A stretch of 64,000 nucleotides of DNA from positions 128,001 to 192,000 of the forward strand of contig CAXMWX010000007.1 of the NCBI GenBank assembly GCA_963422205.2, given 5' to 3'. The DNA comes from Gammaproteobacteria bacterium. Lineage in GTDB: Bacteria; Pseudomonadota; Gammaproteobacteria; Eutrophobiales; Eutrophobiaceae. The position numbers were made by a program, and so were the translations under genes. Shown piece after piece: positions 1-12,561 of this stretch. A model generated the notes under the pieces. That model was not told the origin of the DNA, searched no databases, and saw only the letters and a program-made list of their open reading frames with translations. Every line of letters begins with the position of its first letter. Within the stretch, counting starts at the first letter, position 1.

Positions 1-2
1 AT

Positions 3-638
3 CTCTCGGCCATCGCCTATAAAATCACCAATGAAAAAATCCCGCCGATCTCGGAGTTTCGCAGCAACCTGCCGGATAATTTTGACTACATCCTCAACCG
101 TATGCTGAAAAAGAAAAGCAGCAAACGTTACACCATGGGGCTTGATCTGGCGGCAGATTTGGCCATCATTTTCGATGACCTGGACAAGATCGAATCCGAA
201 GACAGCCTGCGGGAGAAATTTGACCAGCTCTGCCAACTGGGCTTCTTTAAGGGATTTACCGATGTCGATTTGTGGGAGTTGGTGCGGGCTGGTAACTGGA
301 GCCAACATCCGACCGGTGACACCATCATTAAAGAAGGCGAAGTGGATCATGCGTTTTATATTATCCTCTCCGGCGTGGTCTCGATTGAAAAAAAACAGCA
401 ACAGTTGGACACGCTGAATGAAGGGGATTGTTTCGGCGAGATGGGCTTTCTCTCCAGCACCGAGCGCACGGCCACGGCCACGGCCAAAACCGATGTCTCC
501 CTTATCAGAATCAACCAGTCTACCCTTGATCGGGCCGATGAGGGTACGCAACTGCGCTTCCTGAAGGTCTTTGTTGCCACGGTGGTCGAACGCCTGAAAC
601 AAACCACATCTGTACTGACCCAGTTAAAACAAATCTAA
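3..638 (+). CDS. Ser/Thr protein kinase C-terminus fused to a cyclic-nucleotide-binding domain (5' partial)
   Basis: Frame is open from the window edge (kinase C-lobe-like LNRMLKK..KRY), followed by cNMP-binding motifs IIKEGE..FYIILSG..V and GDCFGEMG..RTATA. Confidence 0.75.
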   Translation, partial: LSAIAYKITNEKIPPISEFRSNLPDNFDYILNRMLKKKSSKRYTMGLDLAADLAIIFDDLDKIESEDSLREKFDQLCQLGFFKGFTDVDLWELVRAGNWSQHPTGDTIIKEGEVDHAFYIILSGVVSIEKKQQQLDTLNEGDCFGEMGFLSSTERTATATAKTDVSLIRINQSTLDRADEGTQLRFLKVFVATVVERLKQTTSVLTQLKQI

Positions 639-686
639 TATGCCGGCGCCTCGGCACCCCGCTGAATCTCCTTACCTGATGCCAGC

Positions 687-1211
687 TTGCCAGGAAAATT
701 ACCCGGGCTGGTACGGATGAGGCGACTGCACTGGCTGCTGATCACCATCTGGCTGTCAACCACCAGCCCGGGCTGTACACAGAGCGCTGATCCCCTGACC
801 GCCTTCGCCAATGGCGAGTACCGGCAAGCCGTTACGCTATGGTCTCCCCGAGCGGTGCAGGGCGATACCCAGGCACAGGCGTATCTGGGAATCCATTATT
901 ACCTTGGCCTGGGTGTTGAGCAAAATTACCGACAGGCGTTAAAATGGCTGACAGCAGCGGCTGAGGCTGGCCATGATTCAGCGCAGCGCAGCTTGGGAAT
1001 CATGTATGCCAACGGCCATGGCGTGGAGCAAAACTTTGTCACGGCCTACCAGTGGTATTACGCCGCTTACCGGCAAGGGAACAAGCACGCAAAGAAATTT
1101 CTGGATGCTCTGGCAAGCGAATGGAAACTCAGCCCAAACCAGATGCGCCTTGCACGCACCCAGGCCGAACAGTATGTTGTTACCTCGGTTAATCCGAAGT
1201 TTGATTCTTAG
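687..1211 (+). CDS. Sel1-like repeat (TPR) protein
   Basis: Repeats AQAYLGIHYYLGLGVEQNYRQALKW and AQRSLGIMYANGHGVEQNFVTAYQWY; N-terminal signal-like segment. Confidence 0.85.
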   Translation: MPGKLPGLVRMRRLHWLLITIWLSTTSPGCTQSADPLTAFANGEYRQAVTLWSPRAVQGDTQAQAYLGIHYYLGLGVEQNYRQALKWLTAAAEAGHDSAQRSLGIMYANGHGVEQNFVTAYQWYYAAYRQGNKHAKKFLDALASEWKLSPNQMRLARTQAEQYVVTSVNPKFDS

Positions 1212-1259
1212 AAGACAAATTTACGATAAACTTTAAAGTGGATTTTGGTGATAATGCTA

Positions 1260-3723
1260 TCAATCATCTAAAGCATTTATAATTTCTTTATTCGTATCTA
1301 AATAAAGTAATACATCACTGTAGTTTTCAAAAATTTTAGCGAGTAACTCCTCACTGTCTTGATCATTTTTAGAATATTTATTTTTCTTATTTTCCCTATT
1401 TTTCAATTTTTCCAATATGGCATACAGGAACAAACCATGTAAATACATTTTGCTGATATATTGATTTTTTAAGAAATCAATATCTTTTTCGCCTTTAGCG
1501 CCATTTTTGGATATATATTTTTGCAATGAATAACTGTCCATATTAATAGCGATGGCACTGACTATGTTTTTGTCTTCTTCACTCTCCGGCACAACACGGA
1601 TGACACTTTTCTCATCCCAGTCCTCTTCTGTCCACAATGCTCCATTGTCCTGTATCCATCGCTCTTTATTATCTTTATTGATTTTTATCAGTTTAGGCAA
1701 GTCAGGCTTTTCCAATTCCTTATTCGTTTTATTTTTATTCTGTTTTTCAGGGTCAATTATTTTAACATAAAAGATGACTTCCTTATCGCCATCTGGCGAA
1801 GTTAGCCTCGCTTTCAGTTTTAACTCATCCCCTACGGCTAAATCCTGTTGAGGTCTCAAAGTAAGTTTAATTGAACCATCGGCAGGACCTGATTGATTAA
1901 CTTCAAAAGCATCTTCCACTTTATTGGGCTTTCCAGGTCCTGTCCCTCCCTCTTTATCCGTCTTGTTTTGTTTGCCCAGTACCTTCAGATGAAAATCGCC
2001 TTTTTCCCATGGGCGATAAAAATAATCCTCATCCACGTCGGTCTCAAATTTAATTATCCCCTTACCATTTAACGGAATAGATTTACATTTTTTCCCACCG
2101 GATTCTTGAAGTTTGACCTTAAAGATAGAGGGAAATCTCCTTGTCTCCTGTGGCCGCTTTTTCTCTTTGCCGCTTTTTGATGCTTGGTTTTTTCGGGAAT
2201 TTAAATTAATCATATCCATCCCTTTCTTCAGCAGTTTTTCCAGAGACTCATCAAGCGGAACTTGAGATAATAAATTTTCGATAAGCTCCCTTTCTTTTTC
2301 TCCGTCCCCTCCCCGGAGCATGGCATTTTTTCTATCCGTGTTTAATTTTCTTAATTGTTCATTACTTTTCAATATGTCTATCACCTTATCGCGTAACTTT
2401 TCTAATTTATCACTCTCTCTAAGATTAGAGCGATTCGCCATAAACAGGTCTTGACGATACTGTGTTTTTATATTTGTGCAGTCAATCACAACCAGCATTG
2501 ATTGTTTCAAAAAATTGTACCCTAAATCCTGCGTGATAAAAGATCGCCCTTCATGCCCCTGCACTTGACCATTTAAAATATAGATCAGATTTTTATTACC
2601 TATGTACTCCCTTCCCTCTACTTCTTTCTTAAAAACGACAACTTGAATACTGACCTGCCCCATATTTTTATCGGTAAATTTTTCATATATCGGAGGAATC
2701 TCCAGGTTTTGTTTCGTATCCAGATTAATCCTCACATGATTTCCATTTACATAAATATCTCTTCGCCCCGTAAAAACTTCTCTTGATTCGTACAGGTAGA
2801 TTGGTAAAGATGGCTTATACAACATCTGATTTAAAAACTCTAAACAAACCGTCTCGTATTGTTGTTTTTGCACCATGAGGTAATTCATAAGAAAATAATT
2901 TGATGAAGGAACCAGTTTTAAATGTAATATTGTCACACAAGCCTATATCCAACACTTCAATTTCAAATTGCGGTATGGTCGTCCCTTCAATCGCAAAATA
3001 CTCATACCAGCTACTGCCATATTTTTTATTCTCCTCTTCCGACAAGATATGTCTTCTAACCAGCGTCCAGCCAAATAAATTCTTTGTGTGTCTGTTATCT
3101 TGATGAAAGATTTTCTCATCCTTTTTAGAAGCGATTAACTGATAACGATATTCCCCCGAGAACACGACAGCACCAGTGGAACCCATATTGTACTTCCCTT
3201 GTACAAAGGCAATATCTGTCTTATTATTGTTGGCGATAGATAAGAAGGTATCCTTGAAATCATCGGGGTGCTGACCCTCCCCATTATCCCAAATCATCAG
3301 GTCTGGTTTTGTCTTACTATCTCCCGTTGCGATAATTTGAATATTATCCTTGGCAAGTTGTATTCTTTTGGGAGTTGATAACTCCCCTATCTCCCCCTTG
3401 GGAATGTGAAAAAATTTATCAGTTGCCTGTTCCATTGTTTCAGGTGCATCTTGTGATTTTGGATCAATGCCATTTTGTTTGCATTTTTTCAGTAGTAACG
3501 CATCAATAGAATTCGTTATCTTCTCAACCAGAGCAGCCCCGGAATTATTTTGTTGATTTTCAAATGTGCCGAAATTTGATCTGTCATCTTTTGATTTTCC
3601 GCCATACGGATACCAGTTATCAGAGTTTTTAAGTAATTCATTGGAAATAACAATTTTATGTACATCATTCTCGCCTCTACAACCAAATATTTGCCAGAAA
3701 AGTTGTTCAAATTGTTTTTTCAT
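1260..3723 (-). pseudogene. AT-rich GHKL (HATPase/MORC-like) ATPase domain protein, split by a frameshift near 2820-2880
   Basis: Bergerat-fold motifs EKITNSIDA, DNGEG and GKYNMGSTG in ORF 2815-3723; overlapping ORF 1260-2936 continues it; much lower GC than the flanks. Confidence 0.65.
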
Positions 3724-3763
3724 AATGTTCTCTCTTACCGATAATCGTTCTTATCCTGACACA

Positions 3764-3853
3764 TGGCGGAGAGGGTGGGATTCGAACCCACGAAGGGCTT
3801 GCACCCTTGCCGGTTTTCAAGACCGGTGCATTCAACCGCTCTGCCACCTCTCC
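3764..3853 (-). tRNA. tRNA-Ser (anticodon TGA)
   Basis: Reverse complement GGAGAGGTGGCAGAGCGGTTGAATGCACCGGTCTTGAAAACCGG...GGTTCGAATCCCACCCTCTCCGCCA; long variable arm, encoded CCA. Confidence 0.97.
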
Positions 3854-4039
3854 CGATGGGAAACTGTACCCTGCCCTCATCATTAACCCCCCCCGCCATT
3901 AGACCATAAGCTGCTGCTCTTAAAGTTCTCATGCCAGGCCGGAGGATGACCAGCAGGTCGCCCCGCACATTTTAACCAACTTGAGGTGATTCTTACACCG
4001 TATTCCGTTACTATCATCCTGGTTTACTCATCTGGAATC

Positions 4040-4783
4040 ATGCTGCTCAAAAAACTCCTGTTGCACCTGCCTGTCTGGCTGGTTTATGTGTGTATGGCAA
4101 ACTGGCTCATCATGGCAGTCGCCATTGGCGGCCGGTTTCTGTTCCCCTGGCAGCCCATGACGGTGTTTCGGGTGTATCAGTACGGGGCCGGCATTTGCCT
4201 GCTATGTGCGCTCATCGCCCTGGTGTTCTTGCTTGGCAGCGTGTTTTTCAGCCAGGTCTCCGGCAGGCCGATGCTGCTTGCTGTGCTGTTATCAGGCGTC
4301 CTGCCGATCCTGGCGGCGATCATGGTGGTGAAGCCCGGCGGTTTTGCCGCCCCCATGATCCACGACATCACCACCGATACAGAAGATCCGCCAAGGTTTG
4401 TGGCGACCCGTGCCATGCGACAGGCGGGTGAGAACAGCCCCGACTATGGCGGGGTGGCTGTTGCTGAGAAGCAGAAAAAATCTTTTCCGGATATCCAGCC
4501 GGTCTTAACGGACATGCCGCCTGCCGAGGCCCTGCAAAAAGCACTGCAAACCGCACAGGAGATGGGCTGGACTTTGATCACCGTCGATCAAGCGAAACTG
4601 CACCTGGAAGCACATGACACCACGGCCCTGTTTGGTTTTGTCGATGATGTCAGCATTCGCATTCGCCCCGAAGGGGCGGGCAGCCGGGTGGATATACGCT
4701 CTGCTTCTCGCACTGGTCTGGGTGATCTGGGCGCCAATGCCCGGCGTATTCGGGATTTTATCAAGAAATTCAACATGCTATGA
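4040..4783 (+). CDS. DUF1499 domain membrane protein
   Basis: N-terminal TM helices, PMIHDITTD motif, FGFVDDVSIRI..SRVDIRSASRTGLGDLGANARRI. Confidence 0.85.
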   Translation: MLLKKLLLHLPVWLVYVCMANWLIMAVAIGGRFLFPWQPMTVFRVYQYGAGICLLCALIALVFLLGSVFFSQVSGRPMLLAVLLSGVLPILAAIMVVKPGGFAAPMIHDITTDTEDPPRFVATRAMRQAGENSPDYGGVAVAEKQKKSFPDIQPVLTDMPPAEALQKALQTAQEMGWTLITVDQAKLHLEAHDTTALFGFVDDVSIRIRPEGAGSRVDIRSASRTGLGDLGANARRIRDFIKKFNML

Positions 4784-4934
4784 GACAGTGCCTCATGATG
4801 ACGGCTGATAACCGGGCGATTTGTTGAGAAAACCGGCGTGAAAATTTCGCTCATGTTCCGTGCGATAATGCTTGAAATTTTGCCGGATAAACCACACTAT
4901 TATTTACAATCATTTTTAATAAACGGAGATAGCG

Positions 4935-5606
4935 ATGAAGCCCGATGAACTACTGATAGCACAGCCGCATGCAGCCATCCTGTCCACCAACAAGGTGCTG
5001 AGAAATACCTACATGCTGTTGTCCATGACCTTGTTGTTCAGTGCCGCCATGGCAGCCGTGGCAATGGCGTTAAACATCCCTGCCCTGCATCCCCTTTTGG
5101 TGTTTGGCGGTGCCATCGGTCTGTTGCTGCTGACCAATGCCTGCCGCAACAGTACGGCTGGTCTGGGGTGTGTTTTTCTGTTCACCGGTTTCATGGGATT
5201 TACCCTCGGCCCGATGCTGAATCTGTACCTGTATTACTTCGCCAATGGTACCCAGTTGATCCTGACTGCGCTTGGCGGTACGGGCGTGATATTCCTTGCC
5301 CTGTCTGGCTATGTGCTGACCTCGCGCAAGGATTTCACCTTCATGGGTGGCTTCCTGTTCGTTGGCGTGCTCGTCCTGATCCTGGCCAGCCTGGCCGCCC
5401 TCTTCCTGCCGATACCGGGCCTGCAACTGGCATTGTCCTGCATGGCCATCCTGATCTTCTCCGGCCTGATACTCTACGACACCAGCCGCATCATCCACGG
5501 TGGTGAGACGAATTACATCATGGCAACCGTCGCCCTGTACCTGGATATCTACAATATCTTTGTCAATCTGCTGCACCTGTTCGGTGCGTTTGCTGGTGAT
5601 GACTGA
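4935..5606 (+). CDS. yccA: Bax inhibitor-1/YccA family membrane protein
   Basis: NKVLRNTYMLLSMTL and LYDTSRIIHGGETNYIMATVALY motifs; seven TM segments; near tRNA-Ser. Confidence 0.93.
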   Translation: MKPDELLIAQPHAAILSTNKVLRNTYMLLSMTLLFSAAMAAVAMALNIPALHPLLVFGGAIGLLLLTNACRNSTAGLGCVFLFTGFMGFTLGPMLNLYLYYFANGTQLILTALGGTGVIFLALSGYVLTSRKDFTFMGGFLFVGVLVLILASLAALFLPIPGLQLALSCMAILIFSGLILYDTSRIIHGGETNYIMATVALYLDIYNIFVNLLHLFGAFAGDD

Positions 5607-5628
5607 GCATTGACTCCCCCATCAATCG

Positions 5629-5656
5629 AAACCCGGCATATCGCCGGGTTTTTTTT
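5629..5656 (+). terminator. Rho-independent terminator of yccA
   Basis: AAACCCGGC-ATATC-GCCGGGTTTTTTTT. Confidence 0.85.
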
Positions 5657-5762
5657 GTGCATGGATGCACTTATGCCGCGAAGTGCATGGATGTACGAGA
5701 GCGGCGCATATATGGATGCACTTATGCCGCGAAGTACATGGATGTACGAGAGCGGCGTATAA
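5657..5762. repeat. Two tandem copies (51-bp period) of a palindromic mini-element
   Basis: ATGGATGCACTTATGCCGCGAAGTRCATGGATGTACGAGAGCGGCG at 5661 and 5712. Confidence 0.85.
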
Positions 5763-5899
5763 GGCGATAGCACGCGTTTTAACATTTAAGCGAGAACATG
5801 CTAGGATTTGTACTGCCATCTACCCTCCAGATCAACCCGGTTGAGCATTTACGGTAATTTAAGTCAGTCATCATCATTCCAACACGTGGAGAACATTGC

Positions 5900-7456
5900 A
5901 TGAAAATTGGTGTACCCAGTGAGGTTTACGAAGGGGAAAAACGAGTCGCCACCACGCCTGCTGTGGTCAAACAACTGGTAAAACTCGGTTTCGACATTGC
6001 GGTCGAGTCCGGTGCCGGGGCCGGGGCCGCATTCACCGATGACAGCTATCGCCAGGCGGGCGCGGAAGTCATCGCCGATACCCGGGCACTGTGGCAGGCG
6101 GCCGATATCATTCTCAAAGTGCGCGCACCCCAGGCACATCCCGACCTGGCTTGTCATGAAGCTGACTTGTTGACCGCCGATAAAACCCTGATCAGTTTCA
6201 TCTGGCCGGCGCAGAACCCGGAGTTACTGACACGGCTGGCGAAGACCTCCGCCACCGTGCTCGCCGTGGACAGCGTACCGAGGATCTCCCGTGCACAGAA
6301 GATGGATGCTTTAAGCTCCATGGCCAACATCGCCGGCTACCGTGCCGTGGTGGAAGCGGCGCAGCATTTCGGTCGGTTTTTCACCGGCCAGATCACCGCC
6401 GCCGGGAAAATTCCGCCCGCCAAGGTGTTGGTGATCGGGGCTGGCGTGGCGGGGCTGGCGGCGATTGGCACGGCGAACAGCATGGGCGCCATCGTCCGGG
6501 CATTTGATACCCGCCCTGAAGTGAAAGAGCAGGTGATGAGCATGGATGCCGAATTTCTCATGCTGGATTTTGCCGAAGATGGGGCCGGCCAGGGCGGTTA
6601 CGCCAAAGTCATGAGTGAAGAATTTATCAAAGCCGAAATGGCCTTGTTTGCCGAACAAGCCAAAGAGGTCGATATCATCATCACCACCGCCCTCATCCCG
6701 GGGAAACCGGCCCCTGAATTGATCACAGAAGCGATGGTCAAAGACATGCAGCACGGCAGCGTGATCGTAGATCTGGCGGCTGAGCAAGGCGGTAACTGCA
6801 AGCTGACGGTCGCCGATACCATCGTACACAAACACGGCGTCACCATTATCGGTTATACCGATCTGCCCAGCCGGTTGGCAACACAGGCCAGCCAGCTCTA
6901 TGCCAGCAACCTGCGCCACCTGCTCAGTGATATGTGCCCGGATAAAAATGGCAGGATCACGGTTGACATGGAAGATGAGGCCATACGCGGTGCGACCGTG
7001 ATCAACCAAGGCGAAGTGACCTGGCCGCCGCCAGCGGCGACCTTGTCGGTTGCACCAAAACCGCAGAGCAAGTCGGCGACCACGGCGGCCAGCACGACAC
7101 CAGCGGGTAAACCGGGCCGGCTGGCTTACCTCATCCCGTTCCTGCTCGGCGGGCTGGGCCTGTTCGGTCTGGGTCTGGTTGCCCCGCCGGATTTCATGGC
7201 GCACTTTACCGTTTTCGTGCTGGCCTGTTTTATCGGCTATATGGTGATTTGGAATGTCACGCCCTCACTGCATACCCCCTTGATGAGCGTCACCAATGCG
7301 ATCAGCAGTATCATCATCATCGGCGCCTTGATTCAGCTATCGACCGATAATGTCATGATTCAGTCTATCGCCGGCTTCGCCATCCTGATTACCAGCATCA
7401 ATATTATCGGTGGGTTTGCGGTCACGCAGCGCATGTTGCAGATGTTCAGGAAATAA
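5900..7456 (+). CDS. pntA: NAD(P) transhydrogenase subunit alpha
   Basis: [50 protein letters not shown]. Confidence 0.97.
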   Translation: MKIGVPSEVYEGEKRVATTPAVVKQLVKLGFDIAVESGAGAGAAFTDDSYRQAGAEVIADTRALWQAADIILKVRAPQAHPDLACHEADLLTADKTLISFIWPAQNPELLTRLAKTSATVLAVDSVPRISRAQKMDALSSMANIAGYRAVVEAAQHFGRFFTGQITAAGKIPPAKVLVIGAGVAGLAAIGTANSMGAIVRAFDTRPEVKEQVMSMDAEFLMLDFAEDGAGQGGYAKVMSEEFIKAEMALFAEQAKEVDIIITTALIPGKPAPELITEAMVKDMQHGSVIVDLAAEQGGNCKLTVADTIVHKHGVTIIGYTDLPSRLATQASQLYASNLRHLLSDMCPDKNGRITVDMEDEAIRGATVINQGEVTWPPPAATLSVAPKPQSKSATTAASTTPAGKPGRLAYLIPFLLGGLGLFGLGLVAPPDFMAHFTVFVLACFIGYMVIWNVTPSLHTPLMSVTNAISSIIIIGALIQLSTDNVMIQSIAGFAILITSINIIGGFAVTQRMLQMFRK

Positions 7457-7466
7457 GGAGAGCCGC

Positions 7467-8873
7467 ATGTTACCCACAGGCATTATCACGGTTGCCTACC
7501 TCGGCGCGATCATCCTGTTTATTCTGGCCTTGGGCGGTTTAAGCCATCAGGAAACCGCCCGCCGGGGCAACTTCTACGGCATGACCGGCATGGCCATCGC
7601 CGTGCTCGCCACCATCTTCGGGCTGGTCACAGATAACTACGGCCTGCTCATCGGCGGTATGGTCATCGGCGCTGTTATCGGCTATATCCTGGCGCGGCGG
7701 GTTGGCATGACGCAGATGCCGGAACTGGTCGCCATACTGCATAGTCTGGTCGGCCTGGCGGCTGTGCTGGTCGGTTTTGCCAATTTTATGCAGCACGACC
7801 CGGCGCTGGTGGGCGTGGACAAGACCATACACGACATCGAAACCTATCTGGGGATCCTGATCGGTGCCGTGACATTTTCCGGCTCGGTGATCGCCTTTGG
7901 CAAACTGAGCGGCAGGATTGGCGGTAAACCGCTGCTCCTGCCAGCACGACACTGGCTGAACCTGGGGCTGCTGATTGCGGTTATCTTTGTGGGCAAGCTG
8001 TTTCTTAGCTATTCGGCAGGCCATGATGAGCAGGCCATGTTGATGTTACTCATCATGACCGGCATCGCCCTGTTGTTCGGCATTCACATGGTCATGGCCA
8101 TCGGCGGGGCGGACATGCCGGTGGTCGTCTCCATGCTGAACAGCTACTCCGGCTGGGCTGCCTCGGCCACCGGTTTTATGCTGGGAAACGATTTGCTCAT
8201 TGTCACGGGGGCGCTGGTGGGCAGCAGCGGCGCTATCTTGAGCTACATCATGTGCCGTGCCATGAATCGGAAATTTCTCGCCGTCATCGCCGGTGGTTTT
8301 GGTACCAGTGGCGGCACCAGCCCGGCGGCAGGTGCTGAGGTGGCCGGTGAAGTCACCTCGGTGGATGCCGAAGAGGTCGCCACCCTGCTGACCCATGCCA
8401 GGGAAGTGATGATCATCCCCGGCTATGGCATGGCCGTGGCGCAGGCACAACACATCGTCAATGAGATCACCCGGCATCTGCGTTCGGCCGGGGTCAACGT
8501 GCGGTTTGGTATCCATCCGGTCGCTGGCCGCATGCCCGGCCACATGAACGTCTTGCTGGCAGAGGCCAAAGTGCCTTATGACATCGTCTTTGAAATGGAC
8601 GAGATCAATGACGACTTTCCCGATGTTGATGTATCAATCGTGATCGGTGCCAATGATATCGTCAACCCCTCAGCCCAGGAGACGCCCGACAGCCCGATTG
8701 CTGGTATGCCGGTGCTGGAGTGCTGGAGAGGAAAAACAACCATCGTCCTAAAACGCAGCATGGCTTCGGGCTATGCCGGTGTAGACAACCCGCTGTTTTA
8801 TAAAGAGAACACCGACATGCTGTTCGGCGATGCGAAGGAGAGCCTGGAGTCGGTATTGAAAGCGCTGGCCTGA
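7467..8873 (+). CDS. pntB: NAD(P) transhydrogenase subunit beta
   Basis: [48 protein letters not shown]. Confidence 0.97.
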   Translation: MLPTGIITVAYLGAIILFILALGGLSHQETARRGNFYGMTGMAIAVLATIFGLVTDNYGLLIGGMVIGAVIGYILARRVGMTQMPELVAILHSLVGLAAVLVGFANFMQHDPALVGVDKTIHDIETYLGILIGAVTFSGSVIAFGKLSGRIGGKPLLLPARHWLNLGLLIAVIFVGKLFLSYSAGHDEQAMLMLLIMTGIALLFGIHMVMAIGGADMPVVVSMLNSYSGWAASATGFMLGNDLLIVTGALVGSSGAILSYIMCRAMNRKFLAVIAGGFGTSGGTSPAAGAEVAGEVTSVDAEEVATLLTHAREVMIIPGYGMAVAQAQHIVNEITRHLRSAGVNVRFGIHPVAGRMPGHMNVLLAEAKVPYDIVFEMDEINDDFPDVDVSIVIGANDIVNPSAQETPDSPIAGMPVLECWRGKTTIVLKRSMASGYAGVDNPLFYKENTDMLFGDAKESLESVLKALA

Positions 8874-8881
8874 CGGTGTGG

Positions 8882-10183
<1,302 letters not shown>

Positions 10184-10558
10184 CTAGAATGCTCTGCCAA
10201 CCGCCAGCCCCGCCCAGCAGGCCAGCAGGCACAAGGCCACATTCGTCAGCACGTTCAGCAACGCCGTGAGGTGTTCACCGGCTTCCACCAGGACGAGGGT
10301 CTCAATGGAAAATGCCGAGAAGGTAGTGAACGCCCCCAGCAGCCCCACCAGCAAGCCCAGACGCCAGTAAACCGGCAGCGCCCATTTGACCGTCAACAAC
10401 ACGAACAAGACGCCGATGAGAAACGAGCCGATGACATTGACCAGCAAGGTGCCATAGGGAAAGCCACGACTGAGCAAGAGACCAGCCCACGTAGACAAAT
10501 AAAAACGCAGCAAGGCACCGATCGCACCACCAAGGGCTATGCAGAGTATATTTAACAT
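10184..10558 (-). CDS. crcB: Fluoride efflux channel CrcB/FluC
   Basis: GGAIGALLR, FPYGTLLVNVIG, GLLGAFTTFSAFS. Confidence 0.95.
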   Translation of the reverse strand: MLNILCIALGGAIGALLRFYLSTWAGLLLSRGFPYGTLLVNVIGSFLIGVLFVLLTVKWALPVYWRLGLLVGLLGAFTTFSAFSIETLVLVEAGEHLTALLNVLTNVALCLLACWAGLAVGRAF

Positions 10559-10560
10559 TA

Positions 10561-11871
10561 TCAGGTGGCTTTTTTATCCAACTCCCTCAGCCGGGCCAGT
10601 TTTTCAGCGATCTGTATCTCCAGACCGCGATTGACCGGGTAATAATACTGCCTGCCCGCCAGTTTATCGGGAAAATAATTCTCACCAGCCGCATAGCCTT
10701 CCTCCTCATCATGGGCGTAACGGTAGTCTTTACCGTAATCCAGTGCGGCCATCAGCCCGGTGGGGGCATTACGCAGGTGCAGGGGCACGGCAAGCGAGCC
10801 AGCATCTTTAGCATCCCTGGCAGCGGCATGATACGCCTTGTATACCGCATTGCTCTTCGGCGCACAGGCCAGAAACACGATCGCCTGGGCGATGGCCAGC
10901 TCCCCTTCCGGCGAGCCTAAACGCTCCTGCGCTTCCCAGCCATCCAGCGCCAGCCGCAGGCCACGCGGATCAGCATTGCCGATATCCTCCGAGGCCATCC
11001 TGACCACGCGGCGGGCGATGTACAAGGGATCACAGCCGCCATCGAGCATACGTGCAAACCAGTACAGAGCGGCATCGGGTGATGAGCCTCTGACGGCCTT
11101 ATGCAAGGCAGATATGTGATCATAAAATGCCTCGCCGCCTTTATCAAAACACCGCAGCGAAGCACCGGATAAAATGTCATTGATGAGCGCTGCATCCATC
11201 TCCTGCTCTCCGCTTAAATCAACGGCAATCTCTAACAGGTTTAATGCGCGGCGTGCATCCCCATCGGCCACCTCCGCCAGATGGCGACGGGCGGTTGCCG
11301 ACATATTCACCGCCGCATGACCCACCCCTCGGTCAGCATCCGCCAGCGCCCGGCTTACGATCTGCTCAATCGCCCCCCCATCCAGCGCTTTCAACACATA
11401 GACACGCACACGGGAAAGCAAGGCATTGTTCAGCTCAAAAGACGGGTTTTCTGTGGTTGCACCGATAAACGTGACCGTCCCATCTTCCACAAACGGCAGA
11501 AAGGCATCCTGCTGTGATTTATTAAAGCGATGCGCCTCATCGACAAACAACACTGTGTCCTTCTGGTAGACCTCCCGGTATTGCCGGGCCTTGTCTATGG
11601 CCGCCCGGATATCCTTCACCCCGCTCAACACCGCCGATAGCGGCAGAAACTGGGCATCACACGATGCCGCAATAATATGCGCCAGGGTGGTTTTACCCGT
11701 TCCCGGCGGCCCCCAGAATACCATGGAGTGCAACTGTCCGGATTCAATGGCGTTACGCAGCGGCTTGCCCGGGCCGAGCAGATGCTCCTGGCCGCTGTAA
11801 TCATCCAGGCTGGCAGGGCGCATACGATCGGCCAGCGGTCGGTAGTGACGCCCCTCGCTCGCCTCGCTCAC
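10561..11871 (-). CDS. rarA: Replication-associated recombination protein A (AAA+)
   Basis: PLADRMRP, GPPGTGKTT, GATTENPSFE, ISALHKAVRGS. Confidence 0.96.
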   Translation of the reverse strand: MSEASEGRHYRPLADRMRPASLDDYSGQEHLLGPGKPLRNAIESGQLHSMVFWGPPGTGKTTLAHIIAASCDAQFLPLSAVLSGVKDIRAAIDKARQYREVYQKDTVLFVDEAHRFNKSQQDAFLPFVEDGTVTFIGATTENPSFELNNALLSRVRVYVLKALDGGAIEQIVSRALADADRGVGHAAVNMSATARRHLAEVADGDARRALNLLEIAVDLSGEQEMDAALINDILSGASLRCFDKGGEAFYDHISALHKAVRGSSPDAALYWFARMLDGGCDPLYIARRVVRMASEDIGNADPRGLRLALDGWEAQERLGSPEGELAIAQAIVFLACAPKSNAVYKAYHAAARDAKDAGSLAVPLHLRNAPTGLMAALDYGKDYRYAHDEEEGYAAGENYFPDKLAGRQYYYPVNRGLEIQIAEKLARLRELDKKAT

Positions 11872-12545
11872 GGCGGCGGCCCGGCGGCGTTTTCAGGATC
11901 CGTGTCAAGCGCACGATGATCGATCACATCAATACCATCCGGTACGCTGAAATTGAACAACGCCGCATCCAGGACCGGGTTACGGGCGGTATGGCTAAAT
12001 TCAATGTTGGTGGTATACCCCAGCGCATCCTGCAAGGTCATGGACAGCAGCGTTGTCCCATCCAGGGTAAAACGAATCAGCGAATAGGGCGAGTCGGTAT
12101 CGTGCGGGCGCAGTTCAATGATGTCAATGCCCGCGGTAAGCGGCAGCACCGTCAGATCATAATATTCGCTCACATCAAGCTGGCTGCTGAGAATACGTAA
12201 CGGGGTGTTGGCGATGGCGGTGTTGAGGCGGCTGACAGTCACCTGCTGCAAGTCCTCATCATACACCCACAGCAGATCACCATCGCTGATAATTTTTTGT
12301 GAATAAGGGGTCGTGTAATGCCAGTAAAACCGGCCATCCCGGATCAACTTCACCTGGCCGCTCGACATCTCCAGTGGCTCGTTATGTTCATTCAGCAACA
12401 CCTGGTCAAAATCGGCCGAGAAGCTCTCCATCCCCTGTAAAAACCGGGTCAGTTTATCCTGCTCGCTGTGCTGTGCTGATGAGAATGAGATGGCGCACAG
12501 ACAGCAAAAAGACAGATAACAACAACGCCATCTGAGCGACTTCAT
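11868..12545 (-). CDS. lolA: Outer membrane lipoprotein chaperone LolA
   Basis: SADFDQ, FYWHYTTPYSQKIISDGDLLWVYDEDLQQVTV; ftsK-lolA-rarA synteny. Confidence 0.92.
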   Translation of the reverse strand: MKSLRWRCCYLSFCCLCAISFSSAQHSEQDKLTRFLQGMESFSADFDQVLLNEHNEPLEMSSGQVKLIRDGRFYWHYTTPYSQKIISDGDLLWVYDEDLQQVTVSRLNTAIANTPLRILSSQLDVSEYYDLTVLPLTAGIDIIELRPHDTDSPYSLIRFTLDGTTLLSMTLQDALGYTTNIEFSHTARNPVLDAALFNFSVPDGIDVIDHRALDTDPENAAGPPP

Positions 12546-12561
12546 GGCAACCCGCCCGGCA

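Noticed and set aside
1212-1260. att-site duplicate of the tRNA-Ser 3' end bounding the AT-rich islet
   Set aside because: No copy of the tRNA 3' sequence was found at the distal boundary.
5657-5762. Possible CRISPR array
   Set aside because: Only two adjacent units with no unique spacers and no cas genes; it belongs to the palindromic mini-element family.
6311-7204. Long antisense ORFs over pntA, lolC, gcvP and others
   Set aside because: Shadow frames of GC-rich, well-identified genes on the opposite strand.
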